From Octopus sinensis (Eukaryota): a stretch of 64,000 bases of DNA. Below are positions 23,906 through 35,923 of this stretch, one piece after another. Below the pieces are notes generated by a model. It was given only the letters and a program-made list of their open reading frames with translations, was not told the DNA's origin and searched no databases. The position numbers were made by a program, and so were the translations under genes. The stretch lies in assembly GCF_006345805.1 (NCBI RefSeq), contig NC_043019.1, positions 2,790,001-2,854,000 of the forward strand, read 5' to 3'. Within the stretch, counting starts at the first letter, position 1. Every line of letters begins with the position of its first letter.

Positions 23906-26900
23906 ATGAATTCTGCCAAATGCGAGTTTTCTTCTTCTTTTCAGGTACATGACGGCACTGCTCCCCGTTCCTGGGCCTCTCGGGTCAATACCTTCCCCCT
24001 CAGGGTGGGCACCCTCAACGCTGGCACACTGAAGGTAGGTCTGGCGAGATAGTCGAGATGCTTGAACGGAGACGTGTTGACGTATGTTGTATGCAAGAAA
24101 TAAGGTGGAGAGGAGGATCTGCTAGGTTCCTCACAGGCAAGGAACACAGGTACAAGATTTTCTGGGCAGGGAACACTGACGGGGTTGGTGGCGTGGGTAT
24201 ACTTATCGCTGAGAAATGGATAGATAGAGTAATTGAGGTAATCAGAGTAAGTGACAGAATACTTAAGATTAGAATAGTGCTTCATAATAGATTAGCAACC
24301 ATTATATCGGCCTATGCCCCTCAGCCAGGGCTACCCGATGGACAGAAAGACAGTTTCTATGACACCCTACTGCAGACCAACCATTGACGAACGACAGGGA
24401 CCTTCTCTTTGTGGCTGGTGATTTCAATGGGCATGTTGGACGACATGCTGGGGGCTTCCATGGCGTGCATGGAGGCTACGGTTATGGTTCCCGCAACGAG
24501 GAGGGAACCAGGCTGCTGGAGTTCTGCGATGCGAATAGTCTTATGATCTGCAACACTAACTTCAGGAAACCAACAAGCCACCTGGTCACCTACGATCGGG
24601 CCGGCATATAGCCAAATCGACTACATCCTCGCCAGAAAAAGGGAAAGATGGCTGCTTATAAATGCCAAAACCTTCCCAGGCGAAGAATGCACCCCACACA
24701 TAGACTGGTAGTTAGTGACTTAGGATCAGGACTAAGAGGGCGACTAGAAGACGACCAACATGGAGAAGAAGGGTCTGGAAGCTTAAAGACCCTGCGAATG
24801 GACAGAGATTTTAGAGATATGTTACTTGAAGCCTTTGACGAAGTGGAAGGGGGTATAGCTACACATGGGGTAGAAGACAACTGGACGTTTCTGAGGGACA
24901 ACCTGCTGAAAGCTGCTGACCAGATCTGTGGCTGGTGCAAAGTCCCCTTAAGACCCAAATAACATGGTGGTGGAACAATATTGTTGATAGGGCTATTAGA
25001 CAAAAGAAACAGGCTTGGAAGGCCTGGAAGAACGGTGGTAGCAGGGAAGTGTATCAGACTGCCAGAAGGGAAGCCAGGAGACAGGTCTATCTAGCCAGAG
25101 GGGAAGCAGATAAAAGAAAATTGCCAATGTCTGCGCCGTGAGGATGAAAGACTTGAGGTATTTCGTGTTGCAAGACAGTGTGAGTGAGAGAGATCGAGAT
25201 GTGGTAGGAGAGAAATGTGTTCGCATGGAGGATGGTTCACTTGCGCTAAATGAGGATGCAAAGAGAGAAGCTTGGAGACGCCACTATGAAAGGTTGCTGA
25301 ATGAGGAAAATGAATGGGATAAAGAGAGTCTGCCGAATGTTGACCCAACAGAGGGACAGCTATCCGAGTTGATAGTTCCGTGGTAGCTAAGGCAATTAGA
25401 AGCATGAAGACAGGGAAAGCCCAGGCCCATCAGGAATTACTGCAGAGATGCTCAAAATATCTGGTAGTGTCGGCTATAGCATAGTCACCCGTATAGTTAA
25501 CCAGGTGATACACGAAGGAGTCATACCCAATGACTGGTGTAGCAGCATAATAGTCAACTGCTACAAAGGTAAAGGCGATGCCCTAGATACAATAAACTAC
25601 AGGGGCATCAAGCTGTTGGATCAGGTAATGAAGGTTACGGAGAGGGTTATAGCCCAGTTAATAGAGAGAGAGTTAGCTTAGATGATATGCAGTTTGGGTT
25701 CGTGCCAGGGAAAAGTACTACTGATGCTATATTCCTGGTAAGACAGCTGCAGGAGAAATACCTAGCCAAAGGTAAGCCCTTGTACCTGGCTTTTGTTGAC
25801 TTAGAGAAAGCCTTTGACAGGGTCCTCGATCCCTTATCTGGTGGTCAATGAGGAAACTAGGGATAGATGAATGGTTAGTGAGAGCTGTGCGAGCCATGTA
25901 CAGAGACGCAGCTAGTAAGGTGAGGGTGGCAACGAGTACAGTGAAGAATTCCGGGTAGAGGTTGGGGTCACCAAGGTTCAGTCCTCAGCCCCCTCCTATT
26001 TATCATAGTCCTCCAGGCAATAACGGAAGAATTTAAGACAGGATGCCCCTGGGAGCTCCTAATGCTGATGACCTTGCTCTAATTGCTGAGTCACTATCAG
26101 AACTGGAGGAGAAGTTTCAGGTGTGGAAACAAGGATTAGAATCGAAGGGCCTTAGAATCAACCTAGCCAAAACCAAAGTCCTAATAAGTAGGAAGGTGGA
26201 CCAACCACAAACGACTTCAGGTAGATGGCCCTGCTCGATCTGTAAAAAAGGTGTAGGTAGAAACTCTATAAGGTGCACCAAGTGTAAGCTATGGACACAT
26301 AAGAGGTGCAGCAATGTCAAATGAAGGCAACTAAGAAAATAGTTTTTGTCTGTGGCAGATGCTCAAGAGAAAAAACACTGGAAATGTGCAGAGACCAACT
26401 TCTACCACGTTCCAGGGAGACAAACTAGAAGTAGTTGATAGCTTCCGCTACCTAGGAGACCAAGTCAGGAGCGGGGGTGGGTGTGCTGAAAGTGTAACTG
26501 CTAGAGTAAGAATAGCCTGGGCAAAGTTTAGAGAGCTCTTACCCCTGCTGGTGACAAAAGGCTCTCGCTAAGAGTAAAAGGCAGACTATATGATGCGTGT
26601 GTACGTACAGCCATGCTACATGGTAGTGAAACATGGGCCGTGACAGCTGAGGATGGCTAAGCTTGCAAGAAATGAAGCCAGTATGCTCCGATGGATGTGT
26701 AATGTCAGTGTTCATAATCGTCAGAGTGTAAGTACTTTGAGAGAAAAGTTGAACTAAGAAGTGTCAGTTGTGGTGTGCAAGAGAGACGGCTGCGCTGGTA
26801 TGGTCATGTGACGAGAATGGCTGAAGATAGTTGTGTGCAAAAGTGCTACACCCTAGCAGTTGAGGGAACCTGTGGAAGAGGTAGACCCAGGAAAACCTGG

Positions 26901-27007
26901 GACGAGGTGGTGAGCATGACCTTCGAACTTTAGGTCTCACCAAGGAAATGACTGAAGACCGAGTCCTATGGAAGTGTGCTGTGCATGAGAGGACCCGGCT
27001 GGACTAG
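23906..27007 (+). pseudogene. RTE-clade LINE ORF (APE endonuclease + reverse transcriptase), frameshifted
   Basis: LRVGTLN, DVCCMQEIRW, IISAYAP, VAGDFNGHVG, NTNFRK, QIDYIL, YRGIKLL, QFGFVPG, FVDLEKAFD, QGSVLSPLLF, ADDLAL, FRYLG, LRWYGHV; many 1-bp indels and some stops; in-frame ATG at 23906 is tentative. Confidence 0.95.
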
Positions 27008-29650
27008 TCAGGCCATATCCCGTGGCCCTACCTGGGACGTAGTCGATCCACCTGTGCATACCTTCTTCTTGTGACACTTGTGAAGACCTGCTGAGGCAAG
27101 TGAAAATCAATCAAAATAGATGAAATCAATGGAATTTGATCTTTGTTGGTACCAGTGCCTGTGGCACACAAGAAAACCATCCGAACGTGGCCGTAGCCAG
27201 TACCGCATCGACTCGCCTCCGTGCTGTGGGAACATGGTGGCACATAAAAACACCATCCGAAGACTCGGCAAGACTAGTCAGGTCATAACCCGTGGGCCCT
27301 ACCTGGGACGTAGTCAGTCCACCTGTACATACCTTCCTTCTTGCGACACTTGTGAAGACCTGTGAGGCAAGTGAGTGAAAATCAAAACAAATCAAAATAG
27401 ATGAACATCAATGAATTTGTATCTTTGTGGTACCAGTGCCGGTGGCACACAAGAATCCATCCGAACGTGGCCGTAGTCAGTACCGCTTGTGGTACCAGTG
27501 CGGTGGCACACAAGAATCCATCCGAACGTGGCCGTAGTCAGTACCGCTTGTGGTACCAGTGCCGGTGGCACACAAGAATCCATCCGAACGTGGCCGTAGT
27601 CAGTACCGCATCACTGGCCATCGTGCTGTGGGCACATAACAAACACCATCCGGTCGTGGCCGTTCGCCAGCCTCATCTAGCACCTGTGTCGGTGGCACAT
27701 AAAAACACCATCCGAAGACCCGGCAAGACTAGTCAGGCCATAAACCATGGCCCCTACCTGGGACGTAGTCAGTCCACCTGTGCATACCTTCCTCCTTGTG
27801 ATACTTGTGAAGGCCTGTTGAGGCAAGTGAAAATCAAAATCAAAATCAAAAAAATCAAAATAGATGAACATCAATGGAATTTGTATCTTTGTGGTACCAG
27901 TGCCGGTGGCACACAAGAGAAAACCATCCGAAAGTGGCCGTAGCCAGTACCACATCGACTGGCCTCCGTGCTGTGGGCACATGACAACACCATCCGATCG
28001 TGGCCATTGGCCAGCCTCATCTAGCACCTGTGTCGGTGGCACATAAAAACACCATCCGAAACCCGGCAAGACTAGTCAGGCCATAACCCATGGCCCCTAC
28101 CTGGGACGTAGTCAGTCCACCTGTGCATACCTTCCTTCTTGTGACACTTGTGAAGACCTGTGAGGCAAGTGAAAATCAAAATCAAAACAAATCAAAATAG
28201 ATGAACATCAATGGAATCTGTATCTTTGTGGTACCAGTGCCGGTGGCACACAAGAGAACCATCCGAACGTGGCCGTAGCCAGTTCCGCATCGACCGGCCT
28301 CCGTGCTGTGGGCACGTAACAAACACCATCCGATCATGGCCGTTCGCCAGCCTCATCTGGCACCTGTGTCGGTGGCACATAAAAACACCTTCCGAAGACC
28401 CGGCAAGACTAGCCAGTCCACCTGTGCATACCTTCCTTCTTGTGACAACTTGTGAAGACCGGTTGAGGCAAGTGAAAATCAAATAAATCAAATCAAATCA
28501 AAATAGACAAAATAGATGAACATCAATGGAATTTGTATCTTGTGGTACCAGTGCCTGTGGCACACAAGAAATCCATCAGTGCTGTAGTCAGTGCGGTGGG
28601 CACATGACAAACACCATCCGATCGTGGCCATTGGCCAGCCTCATCTAGCACCTGTGTCGGTGGCACATAAAAACACCATCCGAAGACCCGGCAAGACTAG
28701 TCAGGCCATAACCCATGGCCCCTACCTGGGACGTAGTCAGTCCACCTGTGCATACCTTCCTTCTTGTGACACTTGTGAAGACCTGTTGAGGCAAGTGAAA
28801 ATCCAAATCAAACAAATCAAAATAGATGAACATCAATGGAATCTGTATCTTTGTGGTACCAGTGCCGGTGGCACACAAGAGAACCATCCAAACGTGGCCG
28901 TAGCCAGTTCCGCATCGACCGGCCTCCGTGCTGTGGGCACGTAACAAACACCATCCGATCATGGCCGTTCGCCAGCCTCATCTGGCACCTGTGCGGTGGC
29001 ACATAAAAAAAACACCTTCCGAAGACCCGGCAAGACTAGCCAGTCCACCTGTGCATACCTTCCTTCTTGTGACACTTGTGAAGACCGGTTGAGTGCAAGT
29101 GAAAATCAAAATCAAATCAAATCAAATCAAAATAGACAAAATAGATGAACATCAATGGAATTTGTATCTGTGGTACCAGTGCCTGTGGCACACAAGAAAT
29201 CCATCAGTGCTGTAGTCAGTGCGGTGGGCACATGACAAACACCATCCGATCGTGGCCGTTCGCCAGCCTCATCTAGCACCTGTGTCGGTGGCACATAAAA
29301 ACACCATCTGAAGACCGGCAAGACTAGTCAGGCCATAACCCATGGCCCCTACCTGGGACGTAGTCAGTCCACCTGTGCATACCTTCTTCTTGTGACACTT
29401 GTGAAGACCTGTTGAGGCAAGTGAAAATCAAAACAAATCAAAATAGATGAACATCAATGGAATTTGTATCTTTGTGGTACCAGTGCCGGTGGCACGTGGC
29501 ACACAAGAAAACCATCCGAACGTGGCCGTAGCCAGTACCGCATCGACTGGCCTCCGTGCTGTGGGCACGTAACAAGCACCATCCGATCGTGGGCGTTTGC
29601 CAGCCTCATGGGCACCTGTGTCGGTGGCACATAAAAACACCATCCGAGCG
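27008..29650 (+). repeat. Tandemly amplified RTE 3' UTR, about 8 units of 270-455 bp
   Basis: Unit marker cctacctgggacgtag or gactagccagtccacc at about 27027, 27298, 27753, 28096, 28410, 28721, 29040 and 29348. Confidence 0.95.
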
Positions 29651-29872
29651 TGGCGTCTGCCAGCCTCGTCTGGCATCTGTGTCGGTGGCACATAAAATCA
29701 CCCACTACACTCTCGGAGTGGTTGGCGTTAGGAAGGGCATCCAGCTGTAGAAACACTGCCAGATCTGACTGGACTGGTGCAGCTTTCGGGCTCCCCAGAC
29801 CCCAGTTGAACCGTCCAACCCATGCTAGCATGGAAAGCGGACGTTAAATGATGATGATGATGATGATGATGA
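29650..29872 (+). mobile_element. RTE terminal tail ending in (GAT)n
   Basis: gcgttaggaagggcatcc...gcggacgttaaatgatgatgat. Confidence 0.9.
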
Positions 29873-30124
29873 TATACACATATCTTTTATCTGTTTCAGT
29901 CAATAGACTGTGACCAAGCTGGGGCACCACCTGAAGAATTTTTAGTTGAATATATTGATCCCAGTACTTATTTTTTTTTATAAGCCTGCTACTTATTCTA
30001 TCAGGCTCTTTTGCCAAACTGCTAAGTTACGAGGATATAAACACACCAGCACTGGTTGTCAAGCAGTGGCTGGAGAACAAAGAGAGATGCAAAGACACAC
30101 GTACATATACATATCACCTGGATC

Positions 30125-30837
30125 GGCCAGACTGTTTGGTGCTGAGTCAGCTCTGCTACTCACAGCATTTGATCATACATGAAGTAAAGGAGGACTCGTC
30201 TGAGAAAATAACATTCTTCCACCCCTCTAGGGATCAATTCTGTAGGTATTTATTCCACTCTAAATGTTTTGCAACATCTTTTGTTTTCGAAAGTAGTGGT
30301 TTTCTGATTGCAGCCCTCTCATGAAATCCAGTGTTGTACAGCTCCCGGTGAATAGTTTTTGTGGAAATTGGGTTCTCAAAGTGGTCATTAAGCTCTGCAG
30401 TAATTTTGAGAGTTGTACTTTTGTGATCCCTTCTAACAATTCGTGTAAGAGTCTGACGGTACCTATCTGAAAGTTTTGGTTTTCTTCCAGAGCTTTGTTT
30501 CAATGAGGAGCTTTTTCATTCTTTCTCAATGGCTGTCATTACTTGCGAGACAATACTTGATACACCAAATATTTCGGCTATTTTTGTTACCATACAAGCA
30601 CCTACCATACAAGCATCAACAATTTGACCTCTTTAAAGGTCTGATAGATCTTTCATTTTAATTACCTTTTTTCTAATGATATCTGAAACAAAAGAGCAAT
30701 TTTAGCAAAACATATTAAGCAATACTAATAATAAATAAGAAAAACATAAAAATAAAGAAGCATTTGATGGTTTTTTAGATATTTCGAAATTATGAAGCTA
30801 CAATGCTAGGTGTTTCTATTACTTTGTCCAACCCCTG
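30125..30837 (-). mobile_element. Tc1-family transposon, 5' part with decayed transposase
   Basis: TA|CAGGGGTTGGACAAAG terminus at 30837; MKDLSD..RGQIV from 30656; SGRKPKLSDR...AAIRKPLL; WKNVIFSDESSF (first catalytic D). Confidence 0.9.
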
Positions 30838-30886
30838 TATATATATGTGTCCAACTCCTGTGTATGTATGTGTGTGTGTGCGTGTA

Positions 30887-30928
<42 letters not shown>

Positions 30929-31232
30929 CAAACACAAAAGAGATACCGAAAGAATAGGATATCTGACTCACTAGAAAGAGCAGTTAAACTTCAAGCCACT
31001 AATTGTTGTAATTCTGAAAGTGATTGAAAAATATAAACTTTTACCTTATTCCTAGACCCTGCAAGGTTTCTGCAGGCTTAAATACAGATTTTTTCCTTCT
31101 CGCTAGACCACTGGTAACTAAGAATTTTTTCAATAAATATCCTTGCTACCCTAAGATTTTAATTAAATATATATATATAATTAAATATATATATATATAT
31201 ATATAATTAAATATATATATATATATATATAA

Positions 31233-31463
31233 AGGTGGCGAGCTGGCAGAAACGTTAGCATGTCGGGCGAAATGCGTAACTGTATTTCGTCTGTCGTTAC
31301 GTTCCGAGTTCAAATTCCGCCGAGGTTGATTTTGCCTTTCATCCTTTTCGGGGTTGATAAATTAAGTACCAGTTACGCACTGGGGTCGATGTAATCGACT
31401 TAATCCGTGTGTCTGTCCTTGTTTGTCCCCTCTGTGTTTAGCCCCTTGTGGGTAGTAAAGAAA
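31233..31463 (+). mobile_element. SINE family B
   Basis: ggtggcgagctggcagaaacgttagc...gagttcaaattccgccgagg...gggtagtaaagaaata. Confidence 0.9.
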
Positions 31464-32180
31464 TATATATAATTTTAAAGCAAGGTATGTTTACTAACGT
31501 CAGCCATAAATGTAGGGAAGAAGCTATTTTGAAATCACTTGGTAGACTTAGCTACAGTGATGTACCCTGCTTAAAGACGTAATTTAGTGCCACTGACAGT
31601 TTAAACTCATAGACCTTGGATCAATAATCTAGTACCCTAATAGCTCATCTGCTGCACCTCGTATTGATTTTTCAAAACGGTAAAGTCTACAGCAGTGTCA
31701 TGAAGTATTAGTATTTATGTGACGTGTTAAGTGTGTCATGTATGTATAGCATAAATTGTATCCGTTTGTCTGGCATCTTGTGTACATTCTTGTAGTACGT
31801 CTGGCAACTTGTGTTAAACATGTCATTTAGGTGTGTGTGTGGAGGGGGGGTGCATATTCTTTTAGTGTTTCTGTCAACTTGTGTTAAATGTCATTTAAAT
31901 GTGTGTGAGAGAGAGAGAGAGAAAGAGAAAGAGAGAAATGGGGGAGGACATGTTTTCTGTCAGTACATTAAGCAAGCATCTTATGTTAAACATGTCATTC
32001 AGGTGTGTGTGTGTGAGTGTATATTTTATCACTGTACCTGAATTGTATGTGTATATATGTATGATAAATTTTATCAGCATATCTAGCAACTTGTGTTAAA
32101 TGTGTCATTTAAGTTCTATATTTAAGAGATGAGGAATTATTTACATTCCACGGATATTTGTCCTCATCTTGTTTGTTGTT

Positions 32181-32223
32181 AACACGTTTCGGCTGATATA
32201 CCCTCCAGCCTTCTTCAGGTGTC
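32181..32223 (-). ncRNA. Minimal type I hammerhead motif, cleavage triplet apparently deleted
   Basis: GACAC-CUGAAGA-a-GGCUG-loop-CAGCC-GAAAC-GUGUU. Confidence 0.65.
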
Positions 32224-32276
32224 TTGGGGGAAATTTCAAACCTGGGTTCTCATTCCTAAGGTATTTTTCGATGTTG

Positions 32277-32311
<35 letters not shown>

Positions 32312-32547
32312 GTTATTGTTATTGTTCAGGTCACTGCTTGGAATCAAACTCAGAATCTTGGGAGTTAGTAGCCCACACTCTTAACCACTATGTCTGCTCT
32401 TAACCACTACGCCTGCTCTTAACCCAAAGATTCTGAGTTCAATTCCAAGCAGTGACCTGAACAATAACAATAATAATGATAATAATAATAATAATAACAT
32501 CGAAAAATACCTGAGGAATGAGAACCCAGGTTCGAAATTTCTCCCAA

Positions 32548-32593
32548 GACACCTGAAGAAGGCTGGAGGATATATCAGCCAAAGCGTTGTGTT
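32548..32593 (+). ncRNA. Minimal type I hammerhead motif, GAAAC mutated to AAAGC
   Basis: GACAC-CUGAAGA-a-GGCUG-loop-CAGCC-AAAGC-GUU-GUGUU. Confidence 0.6.
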
Positions 32594-33093
32594 AACAACA
32601 AACAAGATGAGTATAAATATCTGTCGAATGTAAATGTGTCATTTAAGTGTATATAATAATAATAATAATCCTTTCTACTACAGGCGCAGGGCCTGAAATT
32701 TCAGGGAAGGGGACTAGTCGATTAACTCAACCCCAGTGTTTCTCTGGTACTTAATTTGTTTGACACTGCGAAGATGAAAGGCAAAGTCAACCTTGGTGTC
32801 ATTTGAACTCAGAACATACAGATAGACAAAGTACTGCTAGGCATTTTTCCCAGTGCGCTAATTATTCTACCAGCTCACCACTTTATATAATAATAATGAT
32901 AATAATAATAATTACAATAATAATAATAATAATAATGTACTTATTGTACAGTGCTCAGGTGCACTACAACTCAACAGAAAAAGTAACCAAAACTGCATGA
33001 ACAGAACATATAATATGCACAAGAAGTTACCAAAAGCCTTTAAAAGAAAAGGGAAGAAGAAACAGGTTGTGGGGCATCAGGTGTGTTGTTGTT

Positions 33094-33324
33094 AAGGCAG
33101 GGAGCTGGCAGAAACGTTAGCACGCCGGGCGAAGTGCTCAGGAGTATTTCGTCTGTCTTTGCGTTCTGAGTTCTAATTCCGCCGAGGTCGACTTTGCCTT
33201 TCATCCTTTCGGGGTCGATTAAATAAGTACCAGTTATGCACTGGGGTCGATATAATCGACTTAATCCGTTTGCCTGTCCTTGTTTGTCCTCTCTGTGTTT
33301 ATCCCTTGTGGTTAGTAAAGAAAT
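33094..33324 (+). mobile_element. SINE family B with 15-bp target site duplication
   Basis: aggtgtgttgttgtt at 33079-33093 and 33325-33339. Confidence 0.9.
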
Positions 33325-33507
33325 AGGTGTGTTGTTGTTGTGTGTGTGGGGGTGTTGTATATGTGTACATTTTATCGGTACATCTGGCAACTTGTGTTAA
33401 AATGTCATTTAAGTGTGTGCATGTATATACATGTGTGCGTGTGTGTATATTTTATCAGTACATCTGGCAACTTGTGTTAAAATATCATTTAAGTGTGTGC
33501 ATGTATA

Positions 33508-33546
<39 letters not shown>

Positions 33547-33711
33547 TTTATCTACATTTGGTAACTTGTGTTAAACATGCCAATCAGGTGTGTATATATG
33601 CGTTTCATCCTATCAATACATCTGATTTAAACACATCTGGCAAATGTATATGAGTATATGTGATGCATTTTATTAGGACATCTGGCAGTTTGCATTAAAC
33701 ATGCCATGCAA

Positions 33712-33756
<45 letters not shown>

Positions 33757-35514
33757 TGACAACTTCACTTATATCACCCCATTTCTTATACGCTATATTA
33801 GTATGATATATAACAGTCTGAAACAATCCAGTTTGTTTAGAATTGACTGCAGGAGATTAGTTTGGTTAAGCTGTCTTCAATAAGTTATTTATACTAAGTT
33901 GATAGCTGTCCAGTTAATTCTGTCTAGATCTTGGCATTAAGCTTTTTTTTTTTACCATTCAACAATGGACTCTGGCACCAATACTGCTATCACATTCTGT
34001 TTGGTGTAACATAATGCGTTGCTTAAATAAACTTATCTAACCCAGACAGACAGGAACAAAATCACATTAAAATGAACCATCAAGGCAGCTTGTATATGAC
34101 AACTAAAACCTGCTAAAAATAGTAGCTGCATCTCCCTCAAATCACATCCTACACGCTTTTTTATTTTATTTTATTTATTTTTTTTGTTAAAAAAGATATG
34201 TTGGATGATGTAGCCTGTGCTATATCATGTTTGAAGAGATGAGATCTTTTACACGTATCAGTCATTAAATTGCAGACCAACAAATGGACTCCAGTACTTA
34301 TTCTATCAGTCTCTGTTGCTGAATTGCTAAGTAATGGGGATGTAAACAAACCAACACCAGTCATCAAATTGTAGTGGGAACAGCAAACAGAAGTCAAACA
34401 CAAAGTCATTTGCTGCTGTACACGTTATATATTCATTGTGACAACATGATGCAAGATTGGTTGTAATGAAAACCAATGAAACAATTGTAAACAATAAATA
34501 CAATTTACAAACTCCATTCTTTGATATATTTTTAATCTTACACACACACACACACATATATATATATGGCAGGTTTCCTAACATCTTCCATCAACCAAAT
34601 TCATTCAAAGGTATCAGTCAACTTGGGGCTAAGGAGAAGTCATTTGCCCAAGGTACCATACAGTAGGACTGAATCTGAAACCACATCATTGTAAAGTGAA
34701 TTTCTGAACCACACATCCATGCCTGCACCTGCATTGCCATGGTTAAAATATGTTTAATTATATGTCTGCCAATTCAGTGTTGACCCAGGGCTAAATGAGA
34801 TGAATACTTAAGAAAAGTATTCACCTCATTTCAGTGAATTTAGGGAGGGGGTGTTTCTTTAATAAGCACAGCCAATTCCTCCAAACCAAACAAATAAAAA
34901 AAAAACAAATAAAAAGAATATATTTTAGTCAGATGCCATCAATATATCAAAGTGTATTTTTAAAACAATTGTAAGCTTTGTATTAACTTGGCCTACATTG
35001 CTAAGAGATAACACAATAGATTCTATTAAAAAGTGTAATTTACAAAAATTTTATAGATTTTTTTTCAAAAAAAAAAAAGAAAGAAAAAGAAAATTACAAT
35101 TTGGTTTTTATGTATTAACTATCTGCTATTAACAATCTTGAATCAATATATATTTAGAAAAATTTGAAATTTTCTTTTCAACAAATTCATCAATCAAAAC
35201 TCCATTACTTTTGTCCCTTTCTCAATAAAGTTTCAATCATGGTAAGCTCTGTTTGATTTTAATTTACTATTTACTCATATGCTGTCATTGAAAAAATATT
35301 TTTGAGGCTATATATATATATAAAAAAATATGTGTCCATTTAGTTTACTTTGGACAAAAGCCTCATAATGAGGTCTTAAAAATTCTATGCTTCTTGTCAG
35401 CCGTCACCTGTTAATTCCATCTCCCAGGATAAAACGATGGTATGGGTATACACACATGGATCTTCTTTCAACTTAGGATAAATATAATAACTTAGGATAA
35501 TAATAATAACTTAG

Positions 35515-35563
<49 letters not shown>

Positions 35564-35685
35564 CATGGGTGAAAGATAATTAATTTAATAAAATCAACAA
35601 ATTTCACCTAGTAGTTTTTCGGTATGGAAAAGGACCATATTCGGTAAAATTAAAAAAAAATTTTTTTATATATAATTATAACAAT

Positions 35686-35923
35686 AAGGGTTTAGCAACA
35701 AGTTGCTTGACCACATACCAAAAATTTTAGAAATAGCAGCCAAAAGACTACTATTTCCTTTTTCTACAAAAATATGTCTCCATGTGTCTATTTTTTGCCA
35801 TGTGTGAGTTACAAATATTGTTGTCTGTGGAGACATATTTTTGTAGAAAAGGAAATAGTAGTCTTTTGGCTGCTATTTCTAATATTTTCGGTATGTGGTC
35901 AAGCAACTTGTTGCTAAACCCTT
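35686..35923. repeat. Inverted repeat, 97/96-bp arms with 45-bp spacer
   Basis: aagggtttagcaacaagttgc...atgtctcca versus tggagacat...gcaacttgttgctaaaccctt. Confidence 0.92.

Larger units (their letters stand above)
32115..32630. mobile_element. Inverted dimer of a tRNA-headed SINE with a hammerhead-bearing tail
   Basis: Arms at about 32142-32360 and 32425-32633 are reverse complements; 18-bp direct repeat taaatgtgtcatttaagt at 32097-32114 and 32631-32648. Confidence 0.85.
31740..33770. repeat. Degenerate 70-80 bp tandem repeat interrupted by nested insertions
   Basis: Recurring catctggcaacttgtgttaaa..atgtcatttaagtgtgtg at about 31.8-32.1 kb and 33.4-33.7 kb. Confidence 0.75.

Noticed and set aside
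23925-23945. Strong 3' splice site ttttcttcttcttttcag|G in frame with the endonuclease
   Set aside because: An in-frame ATG at 23906 reads through it and no matching donor was identified, so splicing is not required
27008-29650. CRISPR-like appearance of the palindromic repeat array
   Set aside because: Intervening sequences are themselves repeated rather than unique spacers, there are no cas genes, and the array is LINE 3' UTR in eukaryotic DNA
29690-29760. Possible twister ribozyme near ggagtggttggcgttaggaagggcatcc
   Set aside because: The motif recalls, from memory, sequence next to twisters in some RTE UTRs, but the twister core (CCCAAGCCCGG-like) is absent; would need an Infernal search
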